Source of the DNA: Nymphaea colorata
Lineage: Eukaryota
Direction of reading: 5' to 3'
Assembly (NCBI RefSeq): GCF_008831285.2
Contig: NC_045138.2
Location: 42,594,001 to 42,658,000, forward strand
DNA length: 64,000 bases
The number at the start of each line of letters is the position of its first letter. Position 1 is the first letter of the stretch. A model generated the notes under the pieces. The model was not told the origin of the DNA, did no database searches, and was given only the letters and a program-made list of their open reading frames with translations. The position numbers and the translations under genes are program-made. Shown here piece after piece: positions 36,096-47,780 of this stretch.

Positions 36096-36289
36096 CTGTA
36101 GGTGGTGCATCTGTATATAATTCCAAATTCGTTCAATAGCTTCAGTCTGAGGCATTTCCCTTTCTCCAGTGCCAAAAAACTTACAAAGTGCCTCAGATAT
36201 TATAACAGGAGATGAACCAACTGCAGGGCCTTGAGCTAGAGATCCTACATATGATGCTTTCAGCCTTTTAGGGTCAGGACCTGAATCTT
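36096..36289 (-). CDS. SWIB-domain gene, coding exon 4
   Basis: ttcgcag| KDSGPDPKRLK...IISEALCKFFGTGEREMPQTEAIERIWNYIQMHHLQ |gtctgt, the first half of SWIB-2. 194 nt, ends in phase 0. Confidence 0.9.
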
Positions 36290-36370
36290 CTGCGAAAGGC
36301 AAATTGCATAAACTTTAGTAAGTTACTATGATGTACCCTGTCCTTATTCTAATGACCAACCCACACATAC

Positions 36371-36542
36371 TTGCTGGATCAAGTGGCAAAATGTGCTTTG
36401 CCAAAAGCTTGTTCATCTTAAACATGTCAGTGCAATCTGTCTCAAACACCAGCCTCAATGCATCATTGCAAATAATCTTTCTCTTGTTACTTGGATCCTG
36501 AAGATTATTTTTCCTTATGTAGGCCCAAAGCTCTTTCACAAT
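36371..36542 (-). CDS. SWIB-domain gene, coding exon 3
   Basis: tttcag| IVKELWAYIRKNNLQDPSNKRKIICNDALRLVFETDCTDMFKMNKLLAKHILPLDPA |gtatgt, a canonical SWIB core of 172 nt. Confidence 0.93.
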
Positions 36543-36627
36543 CTGAAAAAGCACAAGCTGTTAGAATTTCTATACTAGAGAAACAGATAAAAGAAAAACA
36601 TGATGTGAGTTTGTGAATGCAATGGAC

Positions 36628-36760
36628 CTGAGTTCGTGTCATGGCTGGTTCACCAACAATAGCCTGCAGTTCAGGAGAAACACCACAAAGTTTATTAAGA
36701 CCACCTGCACCACCTCTTCGTTTGCCACCAGCTGCAGTATTACTCGGAACTTTCCTGGGG
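36628..36760 (-). CDS. SWIB-domain gene, coding exon 2
   Basis: Acceptor ctag|C (an in-frame alternative cag lies 6 nt further on). Encodes KRRGGAGGLNKLCGVSPELQAIVGEPAMTRTQ, the start of SWIB-1. Donor CAG|GTCCAT. 133 nt, phase-compatible with exon 1. Confidence 0.88.
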
Positions 36761-37289
36761 CTAGCAGTAAATAAAAATCAACCGTCTCAAGACATCAATA
36801 ATGGCAACATGAAAAAAGGAAAGAAAAGGACTAGTGTCATAATACAAATAGGTTTTCTTTTGAACAGATAATGGGAGAACATTTAGCTTAATAACTGCAA
36901 AATAAAAGCATTTTTGGTAAAGCTTAGATGTGCATGTTAAATGTGTTAAGTTCACACGAACCAACCATTACAAACTTCAAGTGTCAGGTCAATCTTCAGA
37001 AACTAGTATGAATAGAAAAAGACACAGGTTTGACGACTGGTAAAATAATTAGAACTTTCAACATTGCAGTTACCCTTTCTTTTATCATCTATTTTATTGT
37101 AGATTAGTTTCGCTGTTTTTTTTAAAAAAACGCGTATTATACGTTAAAAATGTCTTTACCGTATAAAACGGGAATAAGAAGCATTTTTTTCAAAAAAAAA
37201 CGTTTAAAAATAAAAGACGCGTATAAAACGCGTTTTATACACGTCTTTCACGTTTTTTTAAAGATACACAGTGAGTTTTTAAAAAAAAA

Positions 37290-37540
37290 TGGCACGCGTG
37301 TAATATTTGTAAAGGAATTGGTTTTTTTTAAACTTGGATGCTCCTTTTAATGGCCAAAACGTCTTTTTAAAAGATGGCACGCGTGTAATATTTGTAAACG
37401 AATTGGTTTTTTTTAAACTTGGACGCTCCTTTTAATGGCAAAAACGCCTTTTGAAAGATGGCACGCGTGTAATATTTGTAAACGAATTGGTTTTTTTTAA
37501 CTTGGACGCTCCTTTTAATGGCAAAAACGTCCTTTTAAAA
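37290..37540 (+). repeat. About 85-bp tandem repeat x3 inside a MITE-like element (~37100-37901)
   Basis: TGGCACGCGTGTAATATTTGTAAA.GAATTGG..CTCCTTTTAATGGC.AAAACG at about 37290, 37375 and 37459. Confidence 0.85.
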
Positions 37541-38844
37541 GAAAAAGGGGCTTTCCCGCCAACCTCTCCTTCGTTCTCTTTTTCTCTTTTTATTTTCTCC
37601 TTTTCCCGCCTGTTGCTGGAGTTCACGTTGCAGGGAAAGAGTTTATTAACTTTATTTATTTGAATTTTTAAGTTGACATTGTTTCAAGGTGTACCTAAAA
37701 TTTGTGGCTTATCTAGCTATTTTCTAATGTTTTTTTAATTTCTCATTTATTTTATTTTTATATAATTGTTAGGATTTTTTATTTATTTTTTCAAAATTTG
37801 CCGTCTTTTTCCCGTTTTATTCCCGAGATTTTTTTTCTCACCGTATTATACCCGTTTTTTTCCTCGCCGTATTATACCCGTTAACATCTTTTGTGACAAT
37901 GGTTTATCCAACAGCATTCGCAAGCTTGTACAGTGCCATCAGTTAAATGCTCAAGCTTCACATTTTAGTACTTTGAATATCATCCCATACAGTTCTAATT
38001 GCACATCCATTACATGTGACTTCTTTATTGAAAACATTTAACCTGTGTCACATGGATGCAGCAATTGGGCTGCTGATCCATGTCAACATGATGCAGTTGT
38101 AGCTGTCGTAGCAGCTTGAAAGCACCAATGTTTTATATTGTATACATTGTTATACATACTATATACTTTAACTCAACTAAAAACTAATTCTTTCATATAT
38201 ATAGGAATACATGTTTACCTATACATATGGTTTTTAGAATGCAAACACCAAGAGTAAGCCCCATGAATAGTCCAATCAACAAATATAAGATGACTCACAC
38301 ATTAACACCAAGTGACTCTTTAAAAAACTAGTTTATGTGTCTCCATCCGTGAATCATTAGATCAGACAGTTCATGGTGGTGCATACTAGTGTGTGTATGT
38401 GTGTGTCTATATAGTGCATATCTGTATGTGTGTGTAATGGTGCAAGAACTTGCATCCACACCCTGTGACATAGCCTTTTACTACTACCAATTTCAGGCAT
38501 CACTATCAACCATAATCAAGTGCACCAAGAAAAGGTCTCATATGCCATACATGGACTACCAGCCAAAACCTCTTTATTTACAACAAACAGGGTAATTTCA
38601 CAAAGGACCATGATAACATGCTTAGATACCAATTCTTCACAAATTTATCTGTGCAACTTAAAAGTTCATCAAGCAGAACAATGTGGTAATTAATAGTACT
38701 TTGACTACCATCAAAATAAAAAACTCTCTGTTCACTATCACTGTCTCCTTTATAAGCATCACAATAGATAAAGTAAGCATGGTAAGCATAGCTAGCGCTG
38801 CAGCCTATTGTAGCCTTTCTATCAAACAAGAATTTATAGTATAT

Positions 38845-41270
38845 TGTTGAGACAAATATTTATAAGTTTAATGACAAACAATTTGGAAACTTTATTATGA
38901 GTATTTTATTATTTTCTTGTCATAAGGATGATTGCTTTGTAACTCTTCACTAATCTCTATTGAAAAAGAGATTAGGGTTAATGAAAGTTGACTTTTCTGT
39001 TTTCCCTCCTACCAATTGGCACATGGCATCGGAGCCCTATTGAACCTAAGAAACCTAAGACCATGTGTCGCTACTTCTCGTTGTGCACTGCAATCAATTG
39101 GAGTTGTCCTATTTCCTATTTCATCTCAGCTGCTTTTTTTCAAACATCTTTCACCGCAGCTGCTTTTTCTCATACCTTCTTCTTCTACTCCTTTGCAAAG
39201 GCATCTTCTTTTGGGTCATCCATCTTTGTTAAAGATTCGTAGAGTGACCCCTCAGATCTCTCCACTTGTGTCTATTATATGTGAGGCTTATCAATAGAGA
39301 AAGCACCATCAAAGTTCTTTTCTTGATGGTGAGAATCGGTCCAGTAGTCAAGTCCTTGACCTCCTTCATGTCAATATTAGGAGCCAAGCGTGTTCCTAGT
39401 CAGTCCAAGTATCGGTAGTACCTTGTCATTGTTGATGACATTTCAACATTGTCATGGATGTTCCTAATGAAAGATAGACTAAAAATTCATGCACTCCCAA
39501 ATTGTTTGTCATTAAACAAAAATCAGTTTAGTTATTCTATCAAAGTTATTTGCACTGACAATGCTCTCGAATTCAAAACTAATCAATTGCTGCAAGTTTA
39601 TCATGACCATGGAAATCAAACCCAAACTACTCGTGCACAGACATCTCAACAGGACAGAATGGCTGAATGAAAACTTGACATTAAAGCTACACTCTAAATA
39701 CACCTGCTTCATACAAGGGAGAGGCAATTCTCACATAATATTACCTAATTAACCGTATACTATCCTCTTCTATGTAAGAACAAATCCCTTTTCAATAACT
39801 TTTTTGAATTCCCCAACTTTCTTATTTCTCCAAATGTATTTGGATGTGTATTGTTTGTTGATAAGTTGGGTGCTGAACATGACAAACTTGCAGCGCCAGC
39901 CATAAAATGCATTTTCCTGGATATCCTAAGAATCAAAAAGGCTATCATTGTTATGACCCCATATCCAGACGAGAATATGTCAGTGCAGATGTATCATTTT
40001 TTTTAGTATGTTTCATGCTATTCTACTTCTATCTCAAGGCTACATGTGGACCATAGTAACAAAATGCCTCTTCCCATACATGTGTTTCCTTTTGAGTTTG
40101 TTCCTTCTATGAGGGGCTCAATGAGCCTGGTCCTGCTAATCCTCCTCAATTTCATGGTATTCCACTGGTTTACAGTCACAAACTACCAATTTAACCAACT
40201 TCCACCACCTCTTCTTCAAAAATAAGTACTTTTGATAACACTATTATTCATCATGTAGATCTAGAAGAACATGTATATACTGAGGCTCCTGCCATCTAAT
40301 CCCCTCAGTTTTCTGATCGTCACTAATATATGCTCACAAGCCACCAACTGAATGCAACCTCTACCACCTCTTCTTCTCCAGAAATAAGAATTTTCAGTAA
40401 TACTATTATTCATGATGTAGCTCCAGAACAATAGGTACATATGGGGACTTAGGAGGTTGATGATGATAGACTCATTGCATTCAGGAAAGCTAAAGGATAA
40501 TGCACTCTGCACCTTATTTCCCAGTTTCACAGGGATGCTAGACTAAGAAAACATATGAAAAGATTTATATATGCTCTATAAGTTACTTTTGTTGGACCCT
40601 CAATGAAGACAGGCAATCCACGACGAGATTGATGTTTTAGTGTCATGGGAAACCTAGAAGTTAGCCTCACCTCCTTCAAATGTAGATATTGTCGGTTATA
40701 AATGGGCGTTTACCATCAAATATAACTATGATGGTTCTATATAGAGATATAAGGCCAAGTTAATGGCCAAAGGTTACACATAAACATGCGGAGTGGACTT
40801 CTTTGAAACACTCTTCTCCCCTGTGGCTGGACTTTAATTTGTTTAGTTGTCTTTGTGACAGTCCATTATGGATGGTTACTATGTCAATTGGATGTTAATA
40901 ACACATTTTTGTATGGAGACTTGTCTGAGACTCTATATGCAAACCTCCAGGATTTGAGGCTCAATTAGAGTGTGACAAAGTGTACAAAGTTATAAACTAA
41001 AGAAAACTTTGTATGGTTTAAAACAAAGCCCTCGTGCTTATTTTCAAAATTTGCTTGAAGCTATGTTGTCTTTTGGTTTTCAAAGATCAGCATCTATGCA
41101 TGAAGAAGACCAGTTGTTGAGTTGTTATATAGAGGTGTACATAGGCCACATAATACTAATGGGGAATAGAACGCAGGATATTTCTAACACTAAGGGACAT
41201 CTTTAGAAGAACTTTGTCACCAAACACCTTGAACTACTAAGATACTTCATGAATAATGAGGTGGCAGTAA
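38845..41270 (+). mobile_element. Decayed Copia G (B-like) in intron 1
   Basis: LTR-like 38845-39023 (TGTTG..CA) and PBS-like TGGCATCGGAGC. Integrase remnants (ICTDNALEFK, VFGCV) and RT remnants (LYGLKQSPRA). Gag is essentially missing and there is no 3' LTR. Confidence 0.8.
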
Positions 41271-41509
41271 TGAGTCCCCTCAACCAAATTCCTCTTGACT
41301 GAGTCCCCTCTAGGCTCCATAGCTTACCTCAACTTTGGTTGAGTTCAAGGAATCTCCCTCAAGGACCATTGGTCAGGCTAGTGTGCAGCCTCTAAGAATT
41401 AGCTCTATTATCAACTACACCACCACGACCTTACCCGTAGCCTGGGCTGCTCCCCGATCCTCTCTTTCAATCTCCCTCTTCATGTGTCTTGTTTGACACT
41501 AGTGCATGC

Positions 41510-41891
41510 CAGTGTGGGCACAAACCATTTTCAAGAAACTTGGCAATGGGGGTATGACCGCATGTGTGTGTGTGTAGAAAACAAAAAAGCATGAATCCAA
41601 ACAAACAAAACAATACATTCATGATTCAAAACTTATAGAGTATGAAGAAACTAATGAACAGGATGAAAGTAACAACCACAACAAAAATCCAAAAAAAAAA
41701 AAAAGGAAACCTTAATTTTCAGAAAAAAATGGACTTGACCAATGTTGACCAAGTTAAAAAAAAAGGATATGGTCCCAGTGACCATATCCAGTACGGTTTT
41801 GACCATACGCAGGATGTACCCACGGGCGAACCAGTACCATACATGTATGGTACAGGTATTGCTCCATAAAAGTAATACCCATATGACATAG
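41510..41891 (-). mobile_element. hAT-type MITE of the same family as 33913-35296
   Basis: 8-bp direct repeat GTGCATGC at 41502-41509 and 41892-41899. Terminus TGACATAG, and shared GGTCAACATTG and TTGAAAATGG subterminal motifs. Confidence 0.7.
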
Positions 41892-43811
41892 GTGCATGCT
41901 TGATTCCCCACACCCTACAACACACTCATACAACATTGAGCACCGCATCTACTCCATTCTAACATCGTGAGTGAGTGCTTATATAATGAGGATTTCCCTA
42001 GTTAGATAGTGAGTTTGAGACTCTCTACATGCAATTTTTTTGTTGCTCCAGTGACTGTCCACATAGGTGAATTGTTGTTATTATTTACGAGGAATAAGCT
42101 ACAACCTAGGTCCTGGGAGCAATAGTTAGGTATGTACTATTAGATGCTTCAACCTGGGCACTCAAGTTGACACCCAATACCTAGGCAGGTGGTGCAAGAT
42201 GCACTTTCAAGTTTCAACTACATTTAACAAGTATAACCAGTCCACAAATGGGGCTTATTTTCAGGTTGCTTTCACTCTCTTGGACTAGAAATCCTACAGT
42301 GGAGAAAATGGTTGTGTTAAAAAAATAAAAAAAGAATGCTAAAGCGAACAAGTGAAAAAATGAGAGAAAAAAGAGAGGTTGGAGAGAGAGAGAGAAGGGG
42401 GGAAGCAGTTGTCCTCTCCTTATTGTTTTGAAGAAAAAAAATACCTCAAAGGAGCCTCCTTTCCAAATCTCAGAAAAGATGTCAAACTATGGAGTCAATC
42501 ATCCATTTCTATAATTTTCTTTTTTCCACAAAAGAGAGTTCTCGTAGGTTTTTAACATTTAAAGGGGGGGGGGGGCACCATATTCTATGATAAGTGGCAA
42601 GGAGGCACTTTGTTTCATCAAATATCCACGGGCTAAACATAAATTCATTTCCAATTTTGAGGTTAAACATTTGAAGGTAAGAGCTGTGGCACCTTGGACT
42701 TTGTATAGCTACAAGTCTCCAAGAAAACTGATTAAAATAGTTTTTCTCCTATATAAATATTTGGTACTGCAACTTATGCTCTTCAACAAAACATGTGGTT
42801 TGTAGTAAAAGGAGAGCGCTATAACTCCAACCTTTTCAAGTTGAGGCTCACGAATTATGTAAGAATTTTCTCTAGTGATTCAGTTGTACTGTGTAACGCA
42901 ACCTAAGCAGACAGAAGCCAGAATAAGTCTAGTCAGACAGCTCGATAAGCTGCCTATATGGAACCAAGTTTTCTCCTTTTTCTTTTACTGGGTTCTATGA
43001 AAAAAGATGTACAATAGTTGGGAGGTTCAACGCCATTTTAAGTCTCGTGAAGTCTTCGAAAAATGCTTTTCAGTCTGAAAGTTACCCTTACTTTTAAGTT
43101 TCTCCTTGTATCTATTATGGCCCAGCCCATCTGTGCCCCCATGTCCCCGTGTTTTAGGCAACAACTAATGTTTTTGACTACTTAGTGTACAAGCAACCAG
43201 GCAATTAGATGTCAGTCAGGAGTGGCCCGACCTTGATGACAACTACGGTGGAAGGTGTTGTCGCAGGCAGTCAGGAGAAACACAGAAAACTTGAGTAAAG
43301 AAAATAAGTGAAAGGCTAATGTCGATGTGATAAGCTTGCAAGTCGCGTAGAATCACAAACACGGTAATTAGGGGAACTGGAGCAGTTCTCCATGGAACCA
43401 AGATCCAATTGTTCCTCTCCATTCCAACTAAAGGAGAACGCCATACTGAGGTTCCTGCCATCTAATCCCCCTCAGACAGAAATTGCTTCTCACACATTTC
43501 ACTTCAGGAAAAGCAAGCGAAATCCCTAAATATCCCAAAGGAATGGTTCTATCGCACATGCCGCAATAGGAAATAATACACCGCCTAAAGCTCGCCTACT
43601 CGTGCATTTAGCATTACAAAAAGAATACGGCCACCATGCAAGCCGAAGGTAACAGATCCCAAACCCTAATAAATAACCGATAACTAACACTAGCGCAAAG
43701 AAAAATATGACAGGTTCAATGGCGGAAGAAGAGAACAAAAGAGGTTCAATTATAGAAAAAACAAATAAACAACTTGCGGAAATGGGGGAACTGGAAGAAG
43801 AAAAGGAAAAC

Positions 43812-44362
43812 CTGCTTTCCTTGGGTAACTCCTGAACGACAGAGGCCTGAGGCATGTCCACCTTGACGTTTGGGCAGCTGAAATTCCCCTTTCCATCAAA
43901 CCGAGGCATCTCTACAAGGCCACCGCAGTTCGGTGGGAACGGCGAGACGCCGATGCCACCAACACCAGGGACGTGGCCATGACCGTGGTGGAGATGGAAC
44001 TGCGCCTGCGCCTGCGCTTGGGCATGGACGTGGGCCTGGGCTTGAGCATGAGCATGAGCATGAGCTTGAGCTTGAGCTTGAGCTTGAGCCTGGGCGTGGG
44101 CGTGGGCGTGGGCGTGGGCGTGGGCGTGGACATGGGCGTGTTGCTGCTGCTGCTGCTGTTGGTGGTGGTGGCCAGATGTAGGGAAGCTCTTGGTTTGGAC
44201 GAGAAGGTCGATGTGGTTACGGATGAAGGCACGCTTGTGGGAGAGGTCGACCCCCAATTTGCGCTCGAGCTGCTGACGGATGTCGCCGGAGGTGGTGACG
44301 GTGAAGTCTGCCTGCCGGAGCAGCGTCTCCAGCCCCGAGACTATCTCCTCGTCGCTCACCAT
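43812..44362 (-). CDS. SWIB/MDM2-domain protein (DEK_C + 2xSWIB, UAF30/spp27-like), coding exon 1
   Basis: ATG at 44362 gives MVSDEEIVSGLETLLRQADFTVTTSGDIRQQLERKLGVDLSHKRAFIRNHIDLL (DEK_C-like), then polyQ and HA/QA repeats. Donor AG|GTTTTC at 43811, phase 2, 551 nt. Confidence 0.88.
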
Positions 44363-44417
44363 CGCCACTCTACCATGTAACGGCAACCAAAAAAAACGAC
44401 CCACCACAATCCACCTA

Positions 44418-44467
44418 TCTCTCTCTGTCTCTCTCCTCCCTTCCCCCTTCTCTCTCTCTCTCTCTCA
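44418..44467 (-). promoter_or_regulatory. GA-repeat tract just upstream of the SWIB gene ATG (5'UTR or proximal promoter)
   Basis: (CT)n-rich on the plus strand, 55-105 nt upstream of the ATG, next to the CpG-rich first exon. Function inferred from position only. Confidence 0.4.
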
Positions 44468-47400
44468 AACACACTTTTTCAAACCAAAACCAACAAACCG
44501 GGGCTATTTTGTTTTCCGACTTCTCGTCTGTCTCATTTTTGCTTTTTCTAACGACGACAATAACTTTCTAAAATCCGGATCCAAACCGGCCCCATCGGCT
44601 AATCCGCCCACCTGCCCCATCTGCACCTTGATATCTTTGCCATTTATTAATTTCTTTTCCAATTTTGTGCTCTTTTTTTTTTTTTTTGTTCGCCGCTTTC
44701 TCCTTTTAATAAGATGACGACGCTGCTTCCTGTGTTATGGCATAAGAGGGGAGGGCATGGAAGCCGCCTTCCCGTTATAGGCATGGCCCACCAAGGGTGC
44801 CTTTCAATTGTAAACAAACGCCCTGAGAGATGATTGTTCTTTAGGATAGAACAAAACGTCACGTTCACCATACTCATCTCGTATCTATCTTGTCATTGGT
44901 ATTATATGGTTTTAAGAACAAAACACCATGTTTCTTTTGTCTGACATTTGTTTTCTTTGTTGTATGTCATGTCTGTCACGTTCTACATGTTCTAGGTTTG
45001 ATGTATATTTTGTCTAGTATTTTGCATCATGTATAAGTTGTTTTGTTTATTTTGTCTATCTAGAACTCTTTGTTTGTTTGTTTTGTGCATTGCTTTTAAA
45101 GACTACAGACCTTATACAAAGCTTATGACATAAAAATCATTCATCATTTATATGTTCGGTAGAACAAAAGTATGTTATAGCCGTACTATTACAAAATTCA
45201 TAAAAAAACCTGTTAAATCAAAATCAATGCATTCAATAACTTGATCTTGTTAAGTGAAGATAATACATGCCAATATAGCAAAATCAAGTTCATAGCTTGA
45301 ACAAAAACATTATCAATGTTAGATGCTCAAATGTTCAAATAAACATTTTGAAGTACACTCATAGGAAATCAAAATACAAATGATTGGAGGCCAACATTTG
45401 GCATACATCGACACAGAAATGAATACAAAGGTTCATAAACCTAAGACAGTGAGTTTAGTCCTACAAGGCCACTGTAACTGATAAGACCTAGATGGTTTTT
45501 TTCTCAAACGTTGTATATCTCTCTAGTCCTCCCTCATAAACCACATAATATTTGGGACGAGACATCATCGTATGTTTGTGCATGTCATGGAAATAAAAAG
45601 ACAAACAAACAATTAGATTACCCATATAAAGTATGAAAATAGTCTAGTATAGTTGAAACAATGACATATTACATAATGAATATATAGCACAGTAAAAGTA
45701 TCATACTTGAGACAAAATATAATAAAATCAAAATAGCTCCTGTAAAAGAATGTAGCTCCTTGTTTTACTATCTACTCAAGTGGCATACGAAAGGAAATAC
45801 AACCCTAATTTTTCATACAAGTCCCCCTTTACAAACACAACATTATTCGTTTCAGTAAATGAAAAAGCTGAATAGAACAATATCTATAGCCACAAAAAAG
45901 TGTATAAAATATTGTCTAGAATGCATTACAAATTACTGTGGTTTAATTTTTTTAAAGAACTTAGTGCATCCAAAAGGAGAAAAGAACTTAGAACACATCC
46001 ATTCCTCAGTACATATATATGCTGATTTTTTTGCACTAAAGTATTAAAATAAAATGATGTAACCAACCTGACCTCAACAGAATCATGTTTTGCAACATTT
46101 CTTCAACCTCATAGCCTTTATCTCCATGCAGAAAAATAATATATTAAACCATTTTACATATACCTTTACCAACATCATCCGTACCACCAATGCAAAAAAA
46201 GAAGCCTAAGAGTGGCTTGGAAAATCTTGTGCTTGAAAGTTGAAAAGGAAGGCTTGCATTACTTTTTTAGTCTTTTAGTACTAGTAATATGAAGATTAGA
46301 AAAGAAAAAATGGAACTTTCTTACAGGAAAAATGAATTGAATTTGATAGGAAAATGTAGAACTAAACAGGCATGGTCCATTTGGAAACAAAATGTAGATT
46401 TCTCAATTAGAGAAATGCATAGTGAAAATGGGCACTGAAAAACGAAATATAAACAAATATAGAGGGACTAGTTTAATTAATAGAGGTATACCCAACATAT
46501 TGTTTAGTTCTAGTGCCTACAAGCAACTTATACAATATAGGAAAGAAACAAGACAAAAAGGCTTGTAACGTGCATATAGGTTTGGACATGGATTACACTC
46601 AAGAGATGTAGCCCATAAATAAACCTCAGATAAGAGTGGTTGGGACATGGATATTATTTCAATGCAAAAAATGCCACACATTGCATTATAAGAAAAAAGT
46701 TAGTAAAGACTATACAAACATTTTGAGATCCTTGTTGCCCTCCATCCAGTGCAACACTTTTAGAAGAGAGACATCAGCTGCCCATTTTTTATAGGTTTGA
46801 TCTCAAATCCACTAATTACTTTTTTGATCAAACTGAACATGAACCTATTCCATGGAAGAGAAAAAAACATGGGATAAATAACATAACTCAAAAACATAAA
46901 ATGTGCAATTAATCAACCAACTCAACCTTCAACTTCATTACAAAAAAAGTCAACCTATCAATCTGAATATATATAGCATCCAATCAAATTGGTCATGACA
47001 TTTATCAGTTGGCCTTTAGTAGTTCTATGTAGGGCTTCTTCTTTGTTTTGTCTTGGTATGTATCAGAAAGACCACCAAGTGTTCATCCACGTAGTTAGTT
47101 AGGCTAGATTATGATGGCCCTAAAAATCTTTGTCTCTTGCACTCTTCTTTCTAGTAGTTCATGCCAAAATATGAAAATTTTGTGCTGAGCTTTCAGCTTG
47201 GATGAGCTGCCCATAAATTGAGTTGAGCTTTGGCTTTGTTGACGGGGATCTTGTGCTCAAGCTTAGATGGATTAGTTGAGCACATTGGAACTCCTCTAAC
47301 ATAATTACAACTAGAATAAGAGCAAAAAATGGAACAATGAATTTTTAGTTCCAAGTGTGTCTTGAACTTTTGTTGCAACAAAAGATGCTACATCTCTTGA

Positions 47401-47696
47401 GTATTTGTCAAATTCTTTTCTTAACTGATACTTTTTTGTAACAAAAAAAGATCTTTTAATAATATATTTGCTCATGAATTAAACAACAGATGATTAAATA
47501 AAAAAAGAGGTACTGACATTTCATCAAACATTTTGTGTGTTAGGAAATGTATATACACAAAATTGATGAGAATAGTGGAGTTCCGCTTTATCTTACAGTA
47601 AATCCAGGATGAAAGACGATAAATGGGTGAAAGGGATAGGAAGACACAACATCCACCCAAGCTGCATCAGCCATGGGTGATGCAAAATCTCAGCCA

Positions 47697-47700
<4 letters not shown>

Positions 47701-47727
<27 letters not shown>
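47701..47727. repeat. (GA)n microsatellite
   Basis: Read directly. Confidence 0.95.
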
Positions 47728-47780
47728 CACATATTACACATACCTGCAAGAACCACCACTGATTTGAGAGGAACCACCTT

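Noticed and set aside
43526..44407. 293-aa ORF as a standalone membrane protein
   Set aside because: The hydrophobic tail after 43812 is T-rich intron read-through, and the first ATG is at 44362.
45000..47700. AT-rich upstream region as exons or transposase
   Set aside because: I could not support any reading frame or terminal repeat by eye.
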